Notes: generated from the sequence alone by a model not told the origin. Numbered from the stretch's first letter, positions 1-10,388 are shown. The stretch: 64,000 nt of DNA from Candidatus Melainabacteria bacterium 17Bon1m (GCA_032128875.1 JAVLKG010000008.1:211212-275211); one strand, 5' to 3'. A program made the numbers and translations.

Positions 1-32
1 GGCTTTGCAAATCTACGTCTGAAGGTGGAAAT

Positions 33-2663
33 ATGACCAAGCGAAACGTCACGAAAGCGGAAGTTACCCCGCTTTACGCCGGTCTTCCTGAGAAGTATCG
101 GCTGGCTCGTGAGAGATTTGGACGCCCGCTTACGCTGGCTGAGAAGATTCTCTCCGCTCACCTTGACCGCTGGAACGAGGGCGAACAGCACCCGGTCCGC
201 GGCAAATCGCAGGTTTTCCTACGTCCCGATCGAATCGCCTTGCAAGATGCAACAGCGCAAATGGCGCTCTTGCAGTTCATGCAGGCGGACCTCGACAAGG
301 TCTATGTGCCGACTACCGTGCACTGCGACCACCTCATCCAGGCTCGCGTTGGTGCCAAGCTCGACTTGCTCAATGCGCTGGATTCCAACTCGGAAGTCTA
401 CGATTTCCTCAAGTCTGCCAGTACCAAATACGGTATCGGCTTCTGGAAGCCCGGCTCGGGTATCATCCACCAGGTGGTGCTGGAAAACTACGCGCACCCG
501 GGCTGTCTGATGATCGGCACCGACTCGCACACTCCCAATGCGGGCGGGCTCAACATGCTGGCTATCGGCGTTGGCGGTGCTGACGCGACATTCACGATGG
601 CTGGCGAACCCTGGGGTTTGCGGTGGCCGAAACTGATCGGTGTGAAACTGACCGGCAAGTTGAACGGCTGGGCCGCGCCCAAGGACATCATTCTCAAGCT
701 CGCCGGCATCCTCACCGTCGACGGCGGCACCGGTGCCATCGTCGAATATTTCGGCTCAGGCTGCAGTTCTATCAGCGCCACGGGCAAAGCGACCATCACC
801 AACATGGGCGCCGAGCTGGGTGCAACGACCTCCGTCTTCCCGCTCGACGACCACATCCTCGACTATCTGCGCCTGACCGGTCGTGGTGAAATCGCGGAGC
901 TGGCTTCGCAGTCGAAGCAGTATTTGACTGCGGATGCTGAAGTCGAAGCGGAGCCGGAGAAGTACTTCGACCAGGTGATCGAGATCGATCTCGACACTCT
1001 GGAACCGCACATTGTCGGTCCTCACACGCCCGACTTGGCGCGCCCGCTCTCGGCGTTCAAAGCCGAAGTCGCCGCCAAGGGTTACCCTGCCAATCTGCGC
1101 TACGCGCTCATCGGCAGCTGTACGAACTCAAGCTACGAGGACATGAGCCGCGCTGCATCCGTCGCACGACAGGCTGCGGAAAAGGGCTTGAAAGCGCCGG
1201 TCGGCTTCATGGTGACGCCGGGTTCGGAGCAGGTGCATCAGACCATCAATCGCGATGGACAGATGGCCGACCTCCAGTCCGTGGGCGCCAACGTGCTCGC
1301 GAATGCCTGCGGTCCGTGCATCGGACAGTGGCGTCGCGACGACATCAAGGAAGGCGAGCGCAACTCGATCATCACTTCCTTCAACCGCAACTTCCCACGT
1401 CGCAATGACGGCAACGCGGAAACACTGGCTTTCATCGCCAGTCCGGAGATCGTCACGGCATTCGCGCTGGCCGGCACTCTCGACTTCAACCCGCTTGAAG
1501 ACGAGCTCACCGCCGCCGACGGCAGCAAATTCAAACTGGCACCGCCACCGCAAGCGGGGCTGCCGGTGAAGGGTTTCAGCCAGCTGAGCGACTCCGAGCT
1601 TGGTTACGTCGATGCTGCCGAAGGGCGCAAAGACGGAGCTGTTCCCACCATCGCCATCGGCGAGAAAAGTGAGCGGCTGCAGGTGCTGTCTCCCTTCCCG
1701 CGCTGGAATGGCGAAAATACTTTCGACGCACTGCCGGTTTTGCTGAAGGCAAACGGCAAATGCACCACGGACCACATCTCCCCGGCGGGACCGTGGCTGA
1801 AGTACCGTGGTCACCTCGATCGTATCTCGGACAACATGTTCCTCGGCGCCAACAACGTGTTTACGGACAAACCAGGCACCGGCAAGGACGTCAACACGGC
1901 AGCGATTGGGAAACTGTCGGACATCGCGCGCGAGTACAAGAAGCAGGGTCTGGGCTGGGTTGTGGTCGGCGACCAGAACTACGGCGAAGGTTCCAGCCGC
2001 GAACATGCCGCCATGTCGCCGCGCTTCCTCGGCTGCAAGGTCGTGATCGCTCGCAGTTTTGCGCGCATTCACGAAACCAACCTGAAGCAGCAGGGCATAC
2101 TGCCACTCACCTTCTCCGACCCTGCGCATTACGACCTCATCCGCAGAGCGGATGACCGTATCTCTGTGCATGGGCTGAAGGACCTGGCAGTGGGCAAGCC
2201 CGTCAAGGTCTTCATCATTCACTCGGATGAAGTGACGGACGAAATCACCGCCAATCACACGCTCACCGAAGAGCAGATTGCCGTCTTCAAGGCGGGCTCG
2301 GCTCTCAATCACGTCGGCGATCGACGCAAGGCGGAAGCCGCGAAAGCCGACAAGCCTGCTGGCGCGGGCGCGAAACGCAACCCGAATTGCAAGTGCAAGC
2401 GTTGCGCTTGCGGCGACAAGAAAGGCAAGGCGGGCGAAACCGGCGCGAAGGGTGGCATGTGCGGCGACAAAACTCCGGCCGAGAAGCCGCGCGGCGATGC
2501 CAACGGTGACACCACAAATGGTGCTGTTCCTCCTGGAGGCAATGGCAACACTGGCATCACCAACAACGGCAAGTTCGGCAATCCGGACGCAAACCGTCCG
2601 GCGCCGGCTCGCGAGGAATCGCTACTGTCCCGCTTCTGGCGCTGGCTGACCAGCTGGTTCTAG
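33..2663 (+). CDS. acnA: Aconitate hydratase (mitochondrial-like AcnA family) with ~110-aa C-terminal extension
   Basis: Motifs [70 protein letters not shown]. Confidence 0.95.
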   Translation: MTKRNVTKAEVTPLYAGLPEKYRLARERFGRPLTLAEKILSAHLDRWNEGEQHPVRGKSQVFLRPDRIALQDATAQMALLQFMQADLDKVYVPTTVHCDHLIQARVGAKLDLLNALDSNSEVYDFLKSASTKYGIGFWKPGSGIIHQVVLENYAHPGCLMIGTDSHTPNAGGLNMLAIGVGGADATFTMAGEPWGLRWPKLIGVKLTGKLNGWAAPKDIILKLAGILTVDGGTGAIVEYFGSGCSSISATGKATITNMGAELGATTSVFPLDDHILDYLRLTGRGEIAELASQSKQYLTADAEVEAEPEKYFDQVIEIDLDTLEPHIVGPHTPDLARPLSAFKAEVAAKGYPANLRYALIGSCTNSSYEDMSRAASVARQAAEKGLKAPVGFMVTPGSEQVHQTINRDGQMADLQSVGANVLANACGPCIGQWRRDDIKEGERNSIITSFNRNFPRRNDGNAETLAFIASPEIVTAFALAGTLDFNPLEDELTAADGSKFKLAPPPQAGLPVKGFSQLSDSELGYVDAAEGRKDGAVPTIAIGEKSERLQVLSPFPRWNGENTFDALPVLLKANGKCTTDHISPAGPWLKYRGHLDRISDNMFLGANNVFTDKPGTGKDVNTAAIGKLSDIAREYKKQGLGWVVVGDQNYGEGSSREHAAMSPRFLGCKVVIARSFARIHETNLKQQGILPLTFSDPAHYDLIRRADDRISVHGLKDLAVGKPVKVFIIHSDEVTDEITANHTLTEEQIAVFKAGSALNHVGDRRKAEAAKADKPAGAGAKRNPNCKCKRCACGDKKGKAGETGAKGGMCGDKTPAEKPRGDANGDTTNGAVPPGGNGNTGITNNGKFGNPDANRPAPAREESLLSRFWRWLTSWF

Positions 2664-2672
2664 CCATCATTT

Positions 2673-2726
2673 GTAGGGGAGCCGCATGCGGCTCCCTGTT
2701 CAGGGCTGCGCATGCGCAGCCCCTAC
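2673..2726. repeat. REP doublet (REPIN-like), copy 1
   Basis: GTAGGGGAGCCGCATGCGGCTCCC-TGTTCA-GGGCTGCGCATGCGCAGCCCCTAC: two perfect palindromes, each half starting with GTAG on opposite strands; 9 nt after the acnA stop. Confidence 0.75.
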
Positions 2727-2887
2727 GCCGTGATGGGCAAATTTCTTGCAGGATTTTCTTCCGAAACGGGCGATGCATCGCGTCGTCCAAGGCTTTCCGA
2801 ACGGAGCGGCAAAAGTGTCGTTCCACTAGTTCGACTTTGAACAGGGTGATGCACCGCATTGCACTTTCAAAGCAACGGAGAAATCCC

Positions 2888-3949
2888 ATGACTAAAGTTT
2901 CAATTATCGGTGGCGCCGGTAACGTTGGTGCCACTGTCGCTCAGTATCTGGCGACAAAGAATCTCTGCGACGTCGTGATGCTGGACATCAACGAAGGCGC
3001 AGCCAAAGGCAAAGCTCTCGACCTGACGCAGGCAGTCGCTCTCACGGGCGGCAGCGCCAAGATCAAGGGCACGTCCGACTACAAGGACACTGCCAATTCG
3101 CAGGTGATCGTCATCACCGCCGGCAGCCCGCGCAAGCCCGGCATGTCGCGCGACGACCTGCTCAAGATCAACGCGAGCATCGTCGCCAACGCCGCGCGCG
3201 AATCGCACCGCTACTCTCCTAACGCCATCTTCGTCGTCGTGTCCAATCCTCTGGACGTGATGACTTATCTGGTCTGGAAGGAGACCGGCGTCTCGACGAG
3301 CCGCGTCATCGGCATGGCCGGCGTTCTGGACAGCGCACGTTTCCAGTCGTTCATCGCCGACGAGCTGAAGGTTTCCCCCGAAGACGTTCGCGCGATGGTT
3401 CTGGGCGGGCACGGCGACCTCATGGTTCCGCTGCCTCGTTTCAGCACTGTCAACGGCGTTCCCGTCACTGAGCTCATCAGTGCCAAGCGTCTCGAAGCGA
3501 TGAGCAAGCGCACCGCCAACGGTGGCGCCGAAATCGTCGAGCTGCTCAAGACAGGCAGCGCCTGGTACGCACCCGGCGCCGCAACCGCGCAGATGGTCGA
3601 AGCGATCATCACCGGCGGACGCAAGCTGTACCCTTGCTCGGTGCATACCGGCGAGAAGTATGGTTTGCCGGCAATCTTCACGGGTCTGCCCGTGATTCTC
3701 GGCAAGCGCGGCGTCGAGCGCGTGGTCAAGCTCAAGCTCAACAAGGCTGAGGTTGACGCGCTCAAGGCTTCGGCTGCTTCCATCGAGGCCAACGTGAAGC
3801 GGCTCAACGAGCTGCAGGCCGAGGCGGCGAAAGCTGCTGCGCCTGCTGCCGTTTCCCCCTCTGCCGCTACGCCCGTTACTGCCACCACTTCCGAGGCGCC
3901 CGCCCCGGAGGTTTCCACGAAAGCCGCGGACACAACGGCAAAGTCCTAA
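2888..3949 (+). CDS. mdh: Malate dehydrogenase (LDH-like MDH) with Ala/Pro/Thr-rich C-terminal tail
   Basis: KVSIIGGAGNVG Rossmann motif, TAGSPRKPGMSRDDLL, VSNPLD, LDSARF, VLGGHGD; start set at ATG 2888 after GGAGA. Confidence 0.95.
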   Translation: MTKVSIIGGAGNVGATVAQYLATKNLCDVVMLDINEGAAKGKALDLTQAVALTGGSAKIKGTSDYKDTANSQVIVITAGSPRKPGMSRDDLLKINASIVANAARESHRYSPNAIFVVVSNPLDVMTYLVWKETGVSTSRVIGMAGVLDSARFQSFIADELKVSPEDVRAMVLGGHGDLMVPLPRFSTVNGVPVTELISAKRLEAMSKRTANGGAEIVELLKTGSAWYAPGAATAQMVEAIITGGRKLYPCSVHTGEKYGLPAIFTGLPVILGKRGVERVVKLKLNKAEVDALKASAASIEANVKRLNELQAEAAKAAAPAAVSPSAATPVTATTSEAPAPEVSTKAADTTAKS

Positions 3950-4027
3950 CGGCTTCAGATGCGAACGCTTGCAGGGAGCGCAATTCCGCTTCCTGCAGGC
4001 GCGCACTGCGACGCAGGAGAAAATGAT

Positions 4028-5830
4028 ATGGAGCGACTAAAACTGATCATTCGGACGGGATGGCGATTTGCCGGTGGTTACCGCCTCGCCATACTGGGCT
4101 ACACCGTCCTCTTCATGATCGCTCAAGCGACAGCCCTTGCAGAGCCCTATCTTCTCGGGCTCATGCTCAACGCCGTGCAAAACGACCTCACCCAGGGTGC
4201 GGCCGGCAACCAACAGTTGCTGCACGATGTCATCTATTACACGAGTTTGTTCGTCGGACTGAAAGTGATCTTCTGGTCCATTCACGGTCCAACACGACTG
4301 CTCGAGCGTTATGTGGCGTTTCGAATTACGTACGCCTACAAAGCGCATATGTTCCAAACAGTCACCAACCTGCCCTTGAAGTGGCAGCGCGAGCACCACT
4401 CGGGCGAAAGCATCGACAAGATCAACAGAGCCTACAACGCTCTGTCAGACTTCTTCCAGGGCACCTTCGATATCACCTACATGGTGTGTCGTCTGGTCGG
4501 CACGCTGGTCATTCTGTATTACTTCATGCCGATGGCGATGTTGACAGTTGCCATCACTTCGGTTGCCGCGATGTACATCATTGTTCGCTTCGATCGAACG
4601 CTCTCGAAGCAGTATGACGAGCTGAACAAGAAGCAAAACTACATCGCAGAAGCCATTCACGATTACGTGACGAATATCGTCACGGTGATCACGCTTCGCC
4701 TCGAGAAGAAAACTCTCGAGGAAGTGAAGCGCCGCATGCTCATTCCGCTGCCGCTCTACAAATACAACAACGCTCTCAACGAGTGGAAGTGGGGTGTCAC
4801 GGCGGTGATGATCGCAGTCATGACTGGCGCGGTGCTCAGCTACTACACGTACAGCACCATCGCTGTCGGTGGCGCTATCATGGCGGGCACGCTGTTCACG
4901 CTGTTCGACTACCTGAGGCGAATTGGCGATTCGTTCTACAACTTCGCCTCGCAGTACGGTCGCATCGTGCGCATTGCAGCTGACGTTCACGCGGCGGATC
5001 TCATCCTCACCGACATGGACAACACGCCCAAGCCGCCTGCTGATGCGAAACTGCCCGAAGCCTGGAGGCAAGTTTCGGTGCAGAATCTCAGCTTCTCCTA
5101 CCAGGACAAAACCGACCGCCGAGTCAATCTCAACAACGTCGGAATCGAACTGGTGAAGGGCAAGGCAATTGCCATCGTCGGACAGTCGGGCAGCGGCAAG
5201 AGCACTCTATTGCGCTTGTTGCGCGGACTGGACAATTCCGATCAGGTGCGCGTCCTGGCTGATGGCGTTGTGCAGAAGCATCGCCTGCATCATCTCTCCG
5301 AGTGCACCACGCTGATGCCGCAAGATCCGGAAATCTTTGCCGATACAATCCGATTCAACATCGGCTTCGGCATGGAGAAGTCGGACGACGAGATCATGGA
5401 AGCTGTTCGCAATGCTCGCTTCGAATCGGTGTTGGCGCGACTCCCCAAGGGTCTCGACACCAACATCGCAGAGAAGGGCATTAATCTGAGCGGCGGCGAA
5501 AAGCAGCGGCTCGCCCTTGCGCGCGGCTTCTTCTTCGCGCGAGGCAGCGACATTCTCTTGCTCGACGAGCCGACCAGCAGCGTGGACACCGCCAACGAGC
5601 GCGTGATCTACAACAACCTGCTCGGCAATTTCCGCAAGGATCGCTGCGTGGTCTCGACCATCCACAAGCTACACTTGCTTGAGATGTTCGACGTCGTCTA
5701 CGTTCTGGACAACGGCAATCTCGTGGAGATGGGCTCGTTTACCGACCTCATCGCTGCGGACGGCAAGCTCGCAGAGCTCTGGAGAAACTATCAAGCAGCC
5801 TCGGCTTCGAGCGGAGAGATTCCGTCATAA
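4028..5830 (+). CDS. ABC exporter, fused permease/ATPase
   Basis: N-terminal TM helices; Walker A GQSGSGKS, signature LSGGEKQR, Walker B ILLLDEPT, H-loop; AGGAG RBS. Confidence 0.92.
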   Translation: MERLKLIIRTGWRFAGGYRLAILGYTVLFMIAQATALAEPYLLGLMLNAVQNDLTQGAAGNQQLLHDVIYYTSLFVGLKVIFWSIHGPTRLLERYVAFRITYAYKAHMFQTVTNLPLKWQREHHSGESIDKINRAYNALSDFFQGTFDITYMVCRLVGTLVILYYFMPMAMLTVAITSVAAMYIIVRFDRTLSKQYDELNKKQNYIAEAIHDYVTNIVTVITLRLEKKTLEEVKRRMLIPLPLYKYNNALNEWKWGVTAVMIAVMTGAVLSYYTYSTIAVGGAIMAGTLFTLFDYLRRIGDSFYNFASQYGRIVRIAADVHAADLILTDMDNTPKPPADAKLPEAWRQVSVQNLSFSYQDKTDRRVNLNNVGIELVKGKAIAIVGQSGSGKSTLLRLLRGLDNSDQVRVLADGVVQKHRLHHLSECTTLMPQDPEIFADTIRFNIGFGMEKSDDEIMEAVRNARFESVLARLPKGLDTNIAEKGINLSGGEKQRLALARGFFFARGSDILLLDEPTSSVDTANERVIYNNLLGNFRKDRCVVSTIHKLHLLEMFDVVYVLDNGNLVEMGSFTDLIAADGKLAELWRNYQAASASSGEIPS

Positions 5831-5894
5831 CGAGACGGTTCAAGACTCTCGAGAAGTCTCAAGAAGGGCTTCTGATTGAGTTCTGAAACTTCAT

Positions 5895-5946
5895 GGCGGG
5901 CGTCCCGATTCAAGGTTTTCCTTGGTCGGGGTGCCCGTCTTTTTTT
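5895..5946 (+). terminator. Intrinsic terminator after acnA-mdh-ABC
   Basis: GGCGGGCGTCCCGATTCAAGG / CCTTGGTCGGGGTGCCCGTC stem followed by T7. Confidence 0.75.
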
Positions 5947-6399
5947 GAGCCAGATGTTACTAGGCGTTATCGTACCTCCGAGAACCCCAAAAGCTCGCCC
6001 CACGTTAACACTCGCTAAGCTCGCGCAAATGCCACAGGTTCTACTTTTCAAGCTCACCGGCAACATTAGAGGGTATGAAACCCGCGCACAAGGTTAAGCA
6101 ACTTTCATATCCGCGCGAATGGTTTATTGCCGATCCGCGTGGGAGATCCCCCCTCATGATCGGTGTTTCTATTTACTTTTCGCTCGAATTTCATGACTCC
6201 CTATACCTAAGCTGAACGTACATGTTCTCTTGAATTTCAATTCTTCCAAAACCAACCACAGTCCATCATTCCTCCTTCAATCTGTGCTCACATCTGGGAC
6301 GTAAAGTCTTGGGTTCGCGCACTCTTTGGTGGATGAGCGATTCTGTAGCGGTTGTTGGAGAGAGAGCGTGCTGTTTCCAATCAACTGTGGAGAGATGCA

Positions 6400-8214
6400 A
6401 TGGAAAAGATTTCGATCAATCTCGTGGGTGGCGTTGCCGGCGATGCGGACTACGGTCTGCGTCTCTACAACGTCGGCAACGGCTTCGTCGGTTTCACCGG
6501 CAAGGTCGTCAGCCGCACTCACGATTCGATGTATCTCGGCTTCAGCTCGGAGCGCGCGTATACGGTCGCCGTCGAAGGTGACCTCGTCCTGTCGACCGAG
6601 ACCAACGATTCCTTCGTCGACAAGACGGATGGCGTCTATGGTTTCGACATCGACTGGAGCGATGCGGCGAAGAACTTCGGCAACGGCACCGGCAAGATCA
6701 TCGTGACCAACCCCGACTCCCCGAGCGACGTTTCGGTCGTCGAGGTATTCATGGGTGACACGCCGTCGGCTGTCGTCGAGTTCAAGCCGAACACGGGCAA
6801 CAACGGCACGGTCGTCATCCGCGAGGAGCTGGACGTCTCGGCCGTCGATCCCGTGATGAAGAAACTGCTCAAGGCGACCGACTTCAGCGACCCGTACGGA
6901 CTCGGCATCGAGTGCGTCGCGGCGCTGCTGCCGGTGCTCGAGTTCGACTATGGGCGTCTCTTCGACGTCACCATCAACCGGACGGAGAAATCCATGACCA
7001 ATCCCAAGGACAACGAAGGTGAAGGCATCATCGACGTTCTCATCGTCGACGGACCGACCATGCCCCTGGAGACGCTGAAGACCTTGCTCGACAGCGGCGT
7101 GCAGGTCTTCGTCGTCGGCGACAGCAACATGCCCGCCGGCGATGCGACGCGCATTGCGGATGAAAACGCCTTCTTCGCTGGCGTCGGCTTGGGTGAACGG
7201 ATCGACCATCCGTTCTGGGGACGTGACGGCATCGCGCCGGTGCTCGTCTCCGGGCTGTCGGACCTCGACGTGCTCGCACACGAAGTCCACCGCCCCTCGG
7301 ATGTCCTGGGCTTCGAGCGCATCGAGCACGCCGTTCTGCCCATCGGACCGATGGCTCACGACTTCGACCTCCCCTTCGGAGGTCACGCCGGAGCTGTTCG
7401 TGAGCCGTTCATGGACATCATCAGCATGCTGCCGGCACGCGCCTTCTGCGCACACAACCACGCGGGTGACTGCGCGCTCGTGGATGCGATGCTCGAAGGA
7501 TTCGGCGTCAAGCTGGGTCTGGAAGAGCTGCCGGAAGGTCTCGAGCGCGCCACGCTCAAAGACCTGATGGACAGCTACGGTGACGACGGTGTCAAGGTCG
7601 GTGGCGACAAGCGCGACTTCGGTCAGCTCGCTGGCACCCGGCAGAACGACATCAACAGCATCGCGCGGGCGGTCGCTGCGGCGGACGCTCTCGGCATCGA
7701 CACGAGCGACATCGCGTCCAAGCGCGACGAGCTTCTGGCGAAGCTGGCTGTGTTTTCCGATCGCTTCGAGGTCGGCGGCACGCACGAGGTGACGACGGAC
7801 GAAGCCGCCGTCATCAACACGGTGTTCGGCGAACTGTTCGGCATCCATCAGGAGCTGGACTCGTGCGTCTCGCACTGGCACCACTACAAGCAGCAGATCG
7901 AAGAGTCGCACAATCGCTGGTCGGCGGGTCTTGCCTCGCGCAAGCGCTCGTATCGCCTGGCGGACGACGCGCAGGACAACCGCATCGCGACGAGCTACGT
8001 CGACTATGCGGCCGCGCCGGAGGAAACCCTGGAGGCGAGCAAGACCGCGATGGTCGAGCTCTTTCAGGCGATCCAGCGGCGCGACCTGCGTGAGGCGAGC
8101 TTTACGGCCACCAAGGCGCGGCAGTTCAGCACGCGCGAGCACATGCTCGCCTCGCTGATTCGCCGCAACGTGCTGGTGCCCGTCGAGGAATCAGGGGTCT
8201 CCGCGGCTGCCTGA
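6400..8214 (+). CDS. Hypothetical protein (N-terminal domain paralogous to 8362..9009)
   Basis: Long ORF, strong codon bias, GGAGA RBS; shares RAYTVAVEGDLVLSTET and GVYGFDxDWS with the next gene. Confidence 0.85.
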   Translation: MEKISINLVGGVAGDADYGLRLYNVGNGFVGFTGKVVSRTHDSMYLGFSSERAYTVAVEGDLVLSTETNDSFVDKTDGVYGFDIDWSDAAKNFGNGTGKIIVTNPDSPSDVSVVEVFMGDTPSAVVEFKPNTGNNGTVVIREELDVSAVDPVMKKLLKATDFSDPYGLGIECVAALLPVLEFDYGRLFDVTINRTEKSMTNPKDNEGEGIIDVLIVDGPTMPLETLKTLLDSGVQVFVVGDSNMPAGDATRIADENAFFAGVGLGERIDHPFWGRDGIAPVLVSGLSDLDVLAHEVHRPSDVLGFERIEHAVLPIGPMAHDFDLPFGGHAGAVREPFMDIISMLPARAFCAHNHAGDCALVDAMLEGFGVKLGLEELPEGLERATLKDLMDSYGDDGVKVGGDKRDFGQLAGTRQNDINSIARAVAAADALGIDTSDIASKRDELLAKLAVFSDRFEVGGTHEVTTDEAAVINTVFGELFGIHQELDSCVSHWHHYKQQIEESHNRWSAGLASRKRSYRLADDAQDNRIATSYVDYAAAPEETLEASKTAMVELFQAIQRRDLREASFTATKARQFSTREHMLASLIRRNVLVPVEESGVSAAA

Positions 8215-8361
8215 CGGCGAGCAGGACATTCGTGCCCTGTTCGAAAAGGAGGTGACTGTGGTTTTGGCCACCGTCACCTCCTTCTAAACGCAAAGCTCCG
8301 CTTTGCGCAGCGGTGTGGAAATCCTTCTGCACTGCAACTTCTGATGATATGGAGAGGAACT

Positions 8362-9009
8362 ATGATCGACAAACTCGGAATCAATCTCGTCGGCGACATC
8401 GAGCACTCGACCCGCCTGTACAACCGCGGTGAAGGCTTCCGCGCCATGACCGGCAGCATCGCCTGCACGCCCGGCGACTGCATGTACCTCGGCTTCATCG
8501 CCGATCGCGCCTACACCGTCGCGGTGGAAGGCGACCTCGTTCTCTCGACCGAAACGGCCGATTCGCGTCCCGACCAGATGGCGGGCGTGTACGGCTTCGA
8601 CGTCGACTGGAGCGAAAACGCGAAGCAGCGCGGCTGCGGCGCCGGCAAGATCACCATCACCAATCCGAACGCGCCGGGCGAAGTCTCGGTGTTCACGGTG
8701 CGGATGGCGGCGACGCAGTCGGTGGTCGTGAAGTTCGCCAAGGACACGGGCACCAACGTGCGCGTTGTTCTGGGCGCCGACTCCGACCTCAGCAAGGTGG
8801 AGCGCGAGATCGGGCTGCTGCTGCGCGGTCCCGACGTTCAGCCCGGCGAAGTGCGCGTCAACGCCACGGCCGAGCCGATGGACCGCACATCCGTGCGGCG
8901 TGCGATGGAGCGCGGTTCGTCGCGTCCCTCGGGCTTCATCCCGCAGGACGTGAGCGACCACTGGAGCGGTGCCGACGTCAGCCAGCTGCGCCGGAACATC
9001 CTCTCCTGA
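8362..9009 (+). CDS. Hypothetical protein, paralogue of the N-terminal domain of 6400..8214
   Basis: GGAGAGG RBS; clear similarity over ~130 aa to the upstream gene. Confidence 0.85.
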   Translation: MIDKLGINLVGDIEHSTRLYNRGEGFRAMTGSIACTPGDCMYLGFIADRAYTVAVEGDLVLSTETADSRPDQMAGVYGFDVDWSENAKQRGCGAGKITITNPNAPGEVSVFTVRMAATQSVVVKFAKDTGTNVRVVLGADSDLSKVEREIGLLLRGPDVQPGEVRVNATAEPMDRTSVRRAMERGSSRPSGFIPQDVSDHWSGADVSQLRRNILS

Positions 9010-9170
9010 GGAGCCTGCAGACGCGGATGAGCATGTTGATTTGAACAATCGACATCCGCATGGGAGGCGGCAGAAGCTTCGGCGCTGCCGTCTCCCACCA
9101 GTGCGTCGGAAGGAGCTCACCTTCTGACTGAGTGCATAGATATCTGCAACACAAACCGAAGAGGCTAGAA

Positions 9171-9617
9171 ATGCACAAGACCCTGAAAGACTTCCTCGCC
9201 GCCGTCCTCGTCGACGAGACGGACAAGCTCGCCCAGCGCGCGCTGAAAATCCACTTCGCCTGCATCGGCGCCAGCGGTCTCATCGCCAACGCGCACGAGC
9301 GCGGCGACGGCGAGGCCTACACGGAAGTCTGCAAGGCGCACTACGAAGCGTCGCTCGCCTTCCTCGCCGTCAACACGGCGAAGGACTACGACTTCGCCGC
9401 CGAGGTCGTCGAGCAGTTCGCCGTCGACGCGGTCGAAACCGACCAGCCGGCCGCGGTCGCTGCGTTCTTCGTCGGCAAGGCGGAGAACACCATCGACACC
9501 TACGCCAAGCGCTGCGCGCCGGTCGCCCGCATCCGCGGCTGCAACAGCGTTCGCATCCTCCGCGGCGAGCACGCTCGCCACGCGATGCGCGGTGTGGTCG
9601 TCGCCAACGCGGCCTAA
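9171..9617 (+). CDS. Hypothetical protein
   Basis: GAGG RBS, strong C/G third-position bias. Confidence 0.8.
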   Translation: MHKTLKDFLAAVLVDETDKLAQRALKIHFACIGASGLIANAHERGDGEAYTEVCKAHYEASLAFLAVNTAKDYDFAAEVVEQFAVDAVETDQPAAVAAFFVGKAENTIDTYAKRCAPVARIRGCNSVRILRGEHARHAMRGVVVANAA

Positions 9618-9935
9618 GCAGTGAGCAACGGCGGCAGCGAAGCGGTCACCAAATACGGTGCCCTCCAGCTGTCGCCGCAGCTTGTCTCCGAGTTGCATGC
9701 ACGAAGGACTCCACCGTTCTAGTCGAGGCACGCTCTCGGGCGCGCTTTCGCTGGTGCGGTGTCGAACGAGATGCAATGCCAATACTTGCCTAGGCAACGC
9801 AGCTTGCTCTTCACGCACTCTGAGCAGGTTCCACTCTGCTCAAGAACCGGCATCACTAGTCCGGATGCCAAAATGCAACATGCGGCCGCTGAATCTCCCG
9901 TGCGGAGTTCATGCTGCATAACATCGGAGCATTCG

Positions 9936-10388
9936 ATGACCTCATCGAATCACGCATTTACTCTCGACCGCGCCGTCATCGCCCAAGCCATCCTGGCCGG
10001 CGAAGATAAGCGCAAAGACCGCATCGAGCAAGAAGCTCACGATCGCGAAATGGAGCTTCGGCGCCAGATTGCGGAAGCGCCTCGCCGCGCTGCCGAAATC
10101 TTGAGCGGGCTGCCCGACGCGATTGCGCATGTGGTCGGCGTCGCTGACGAAACTCCGCAGTCGTTCGTGGTCATGTGGGTCCAACCGCATGAATACGAAG
10201 GCAACGTGGAGCGCGACTTGGGTTTGGGCTTCCGCGGTCCCCACCAGGGTCTGCCGGAATCACTGAAGTTGGCAGCGCGTCAGGTCTATGACGCTCTGGA
10301 CAATTTGCAGCCCGAACTCATCTACAAGTCGAAGGGCGAACCGCTGTCCGGCAAGGGTCAGCTGGCCATCGTCATTCGACTCAGCTAA
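9936..10388 (+). CDS. Hypothetical protein
   Basis: GGAG RBS before ATG 9936; co-oriented in operon; biased codons. Confidence 0.75.
   Translation: MTSSNHAFTLDRAVIAQAILAGEDKRKDRIEQEAHDREMELRRQIAEAPRRAAEILSGLPDAIAHVVGVADETPQSFVVMWVQPHEYEGNVERDLGLGFRGPHQGLPESLKLAARQVYDALDNLQPELIYKSKGEPLSGKGQLAIVIRLS

Noticed and set aside
6400-9009. Paralogous segments as a diversity-generating retroelement template/variable pair
   Set aside because: Differences are not adenine-specific, both copies are coding, and no reverse transcriptase is present
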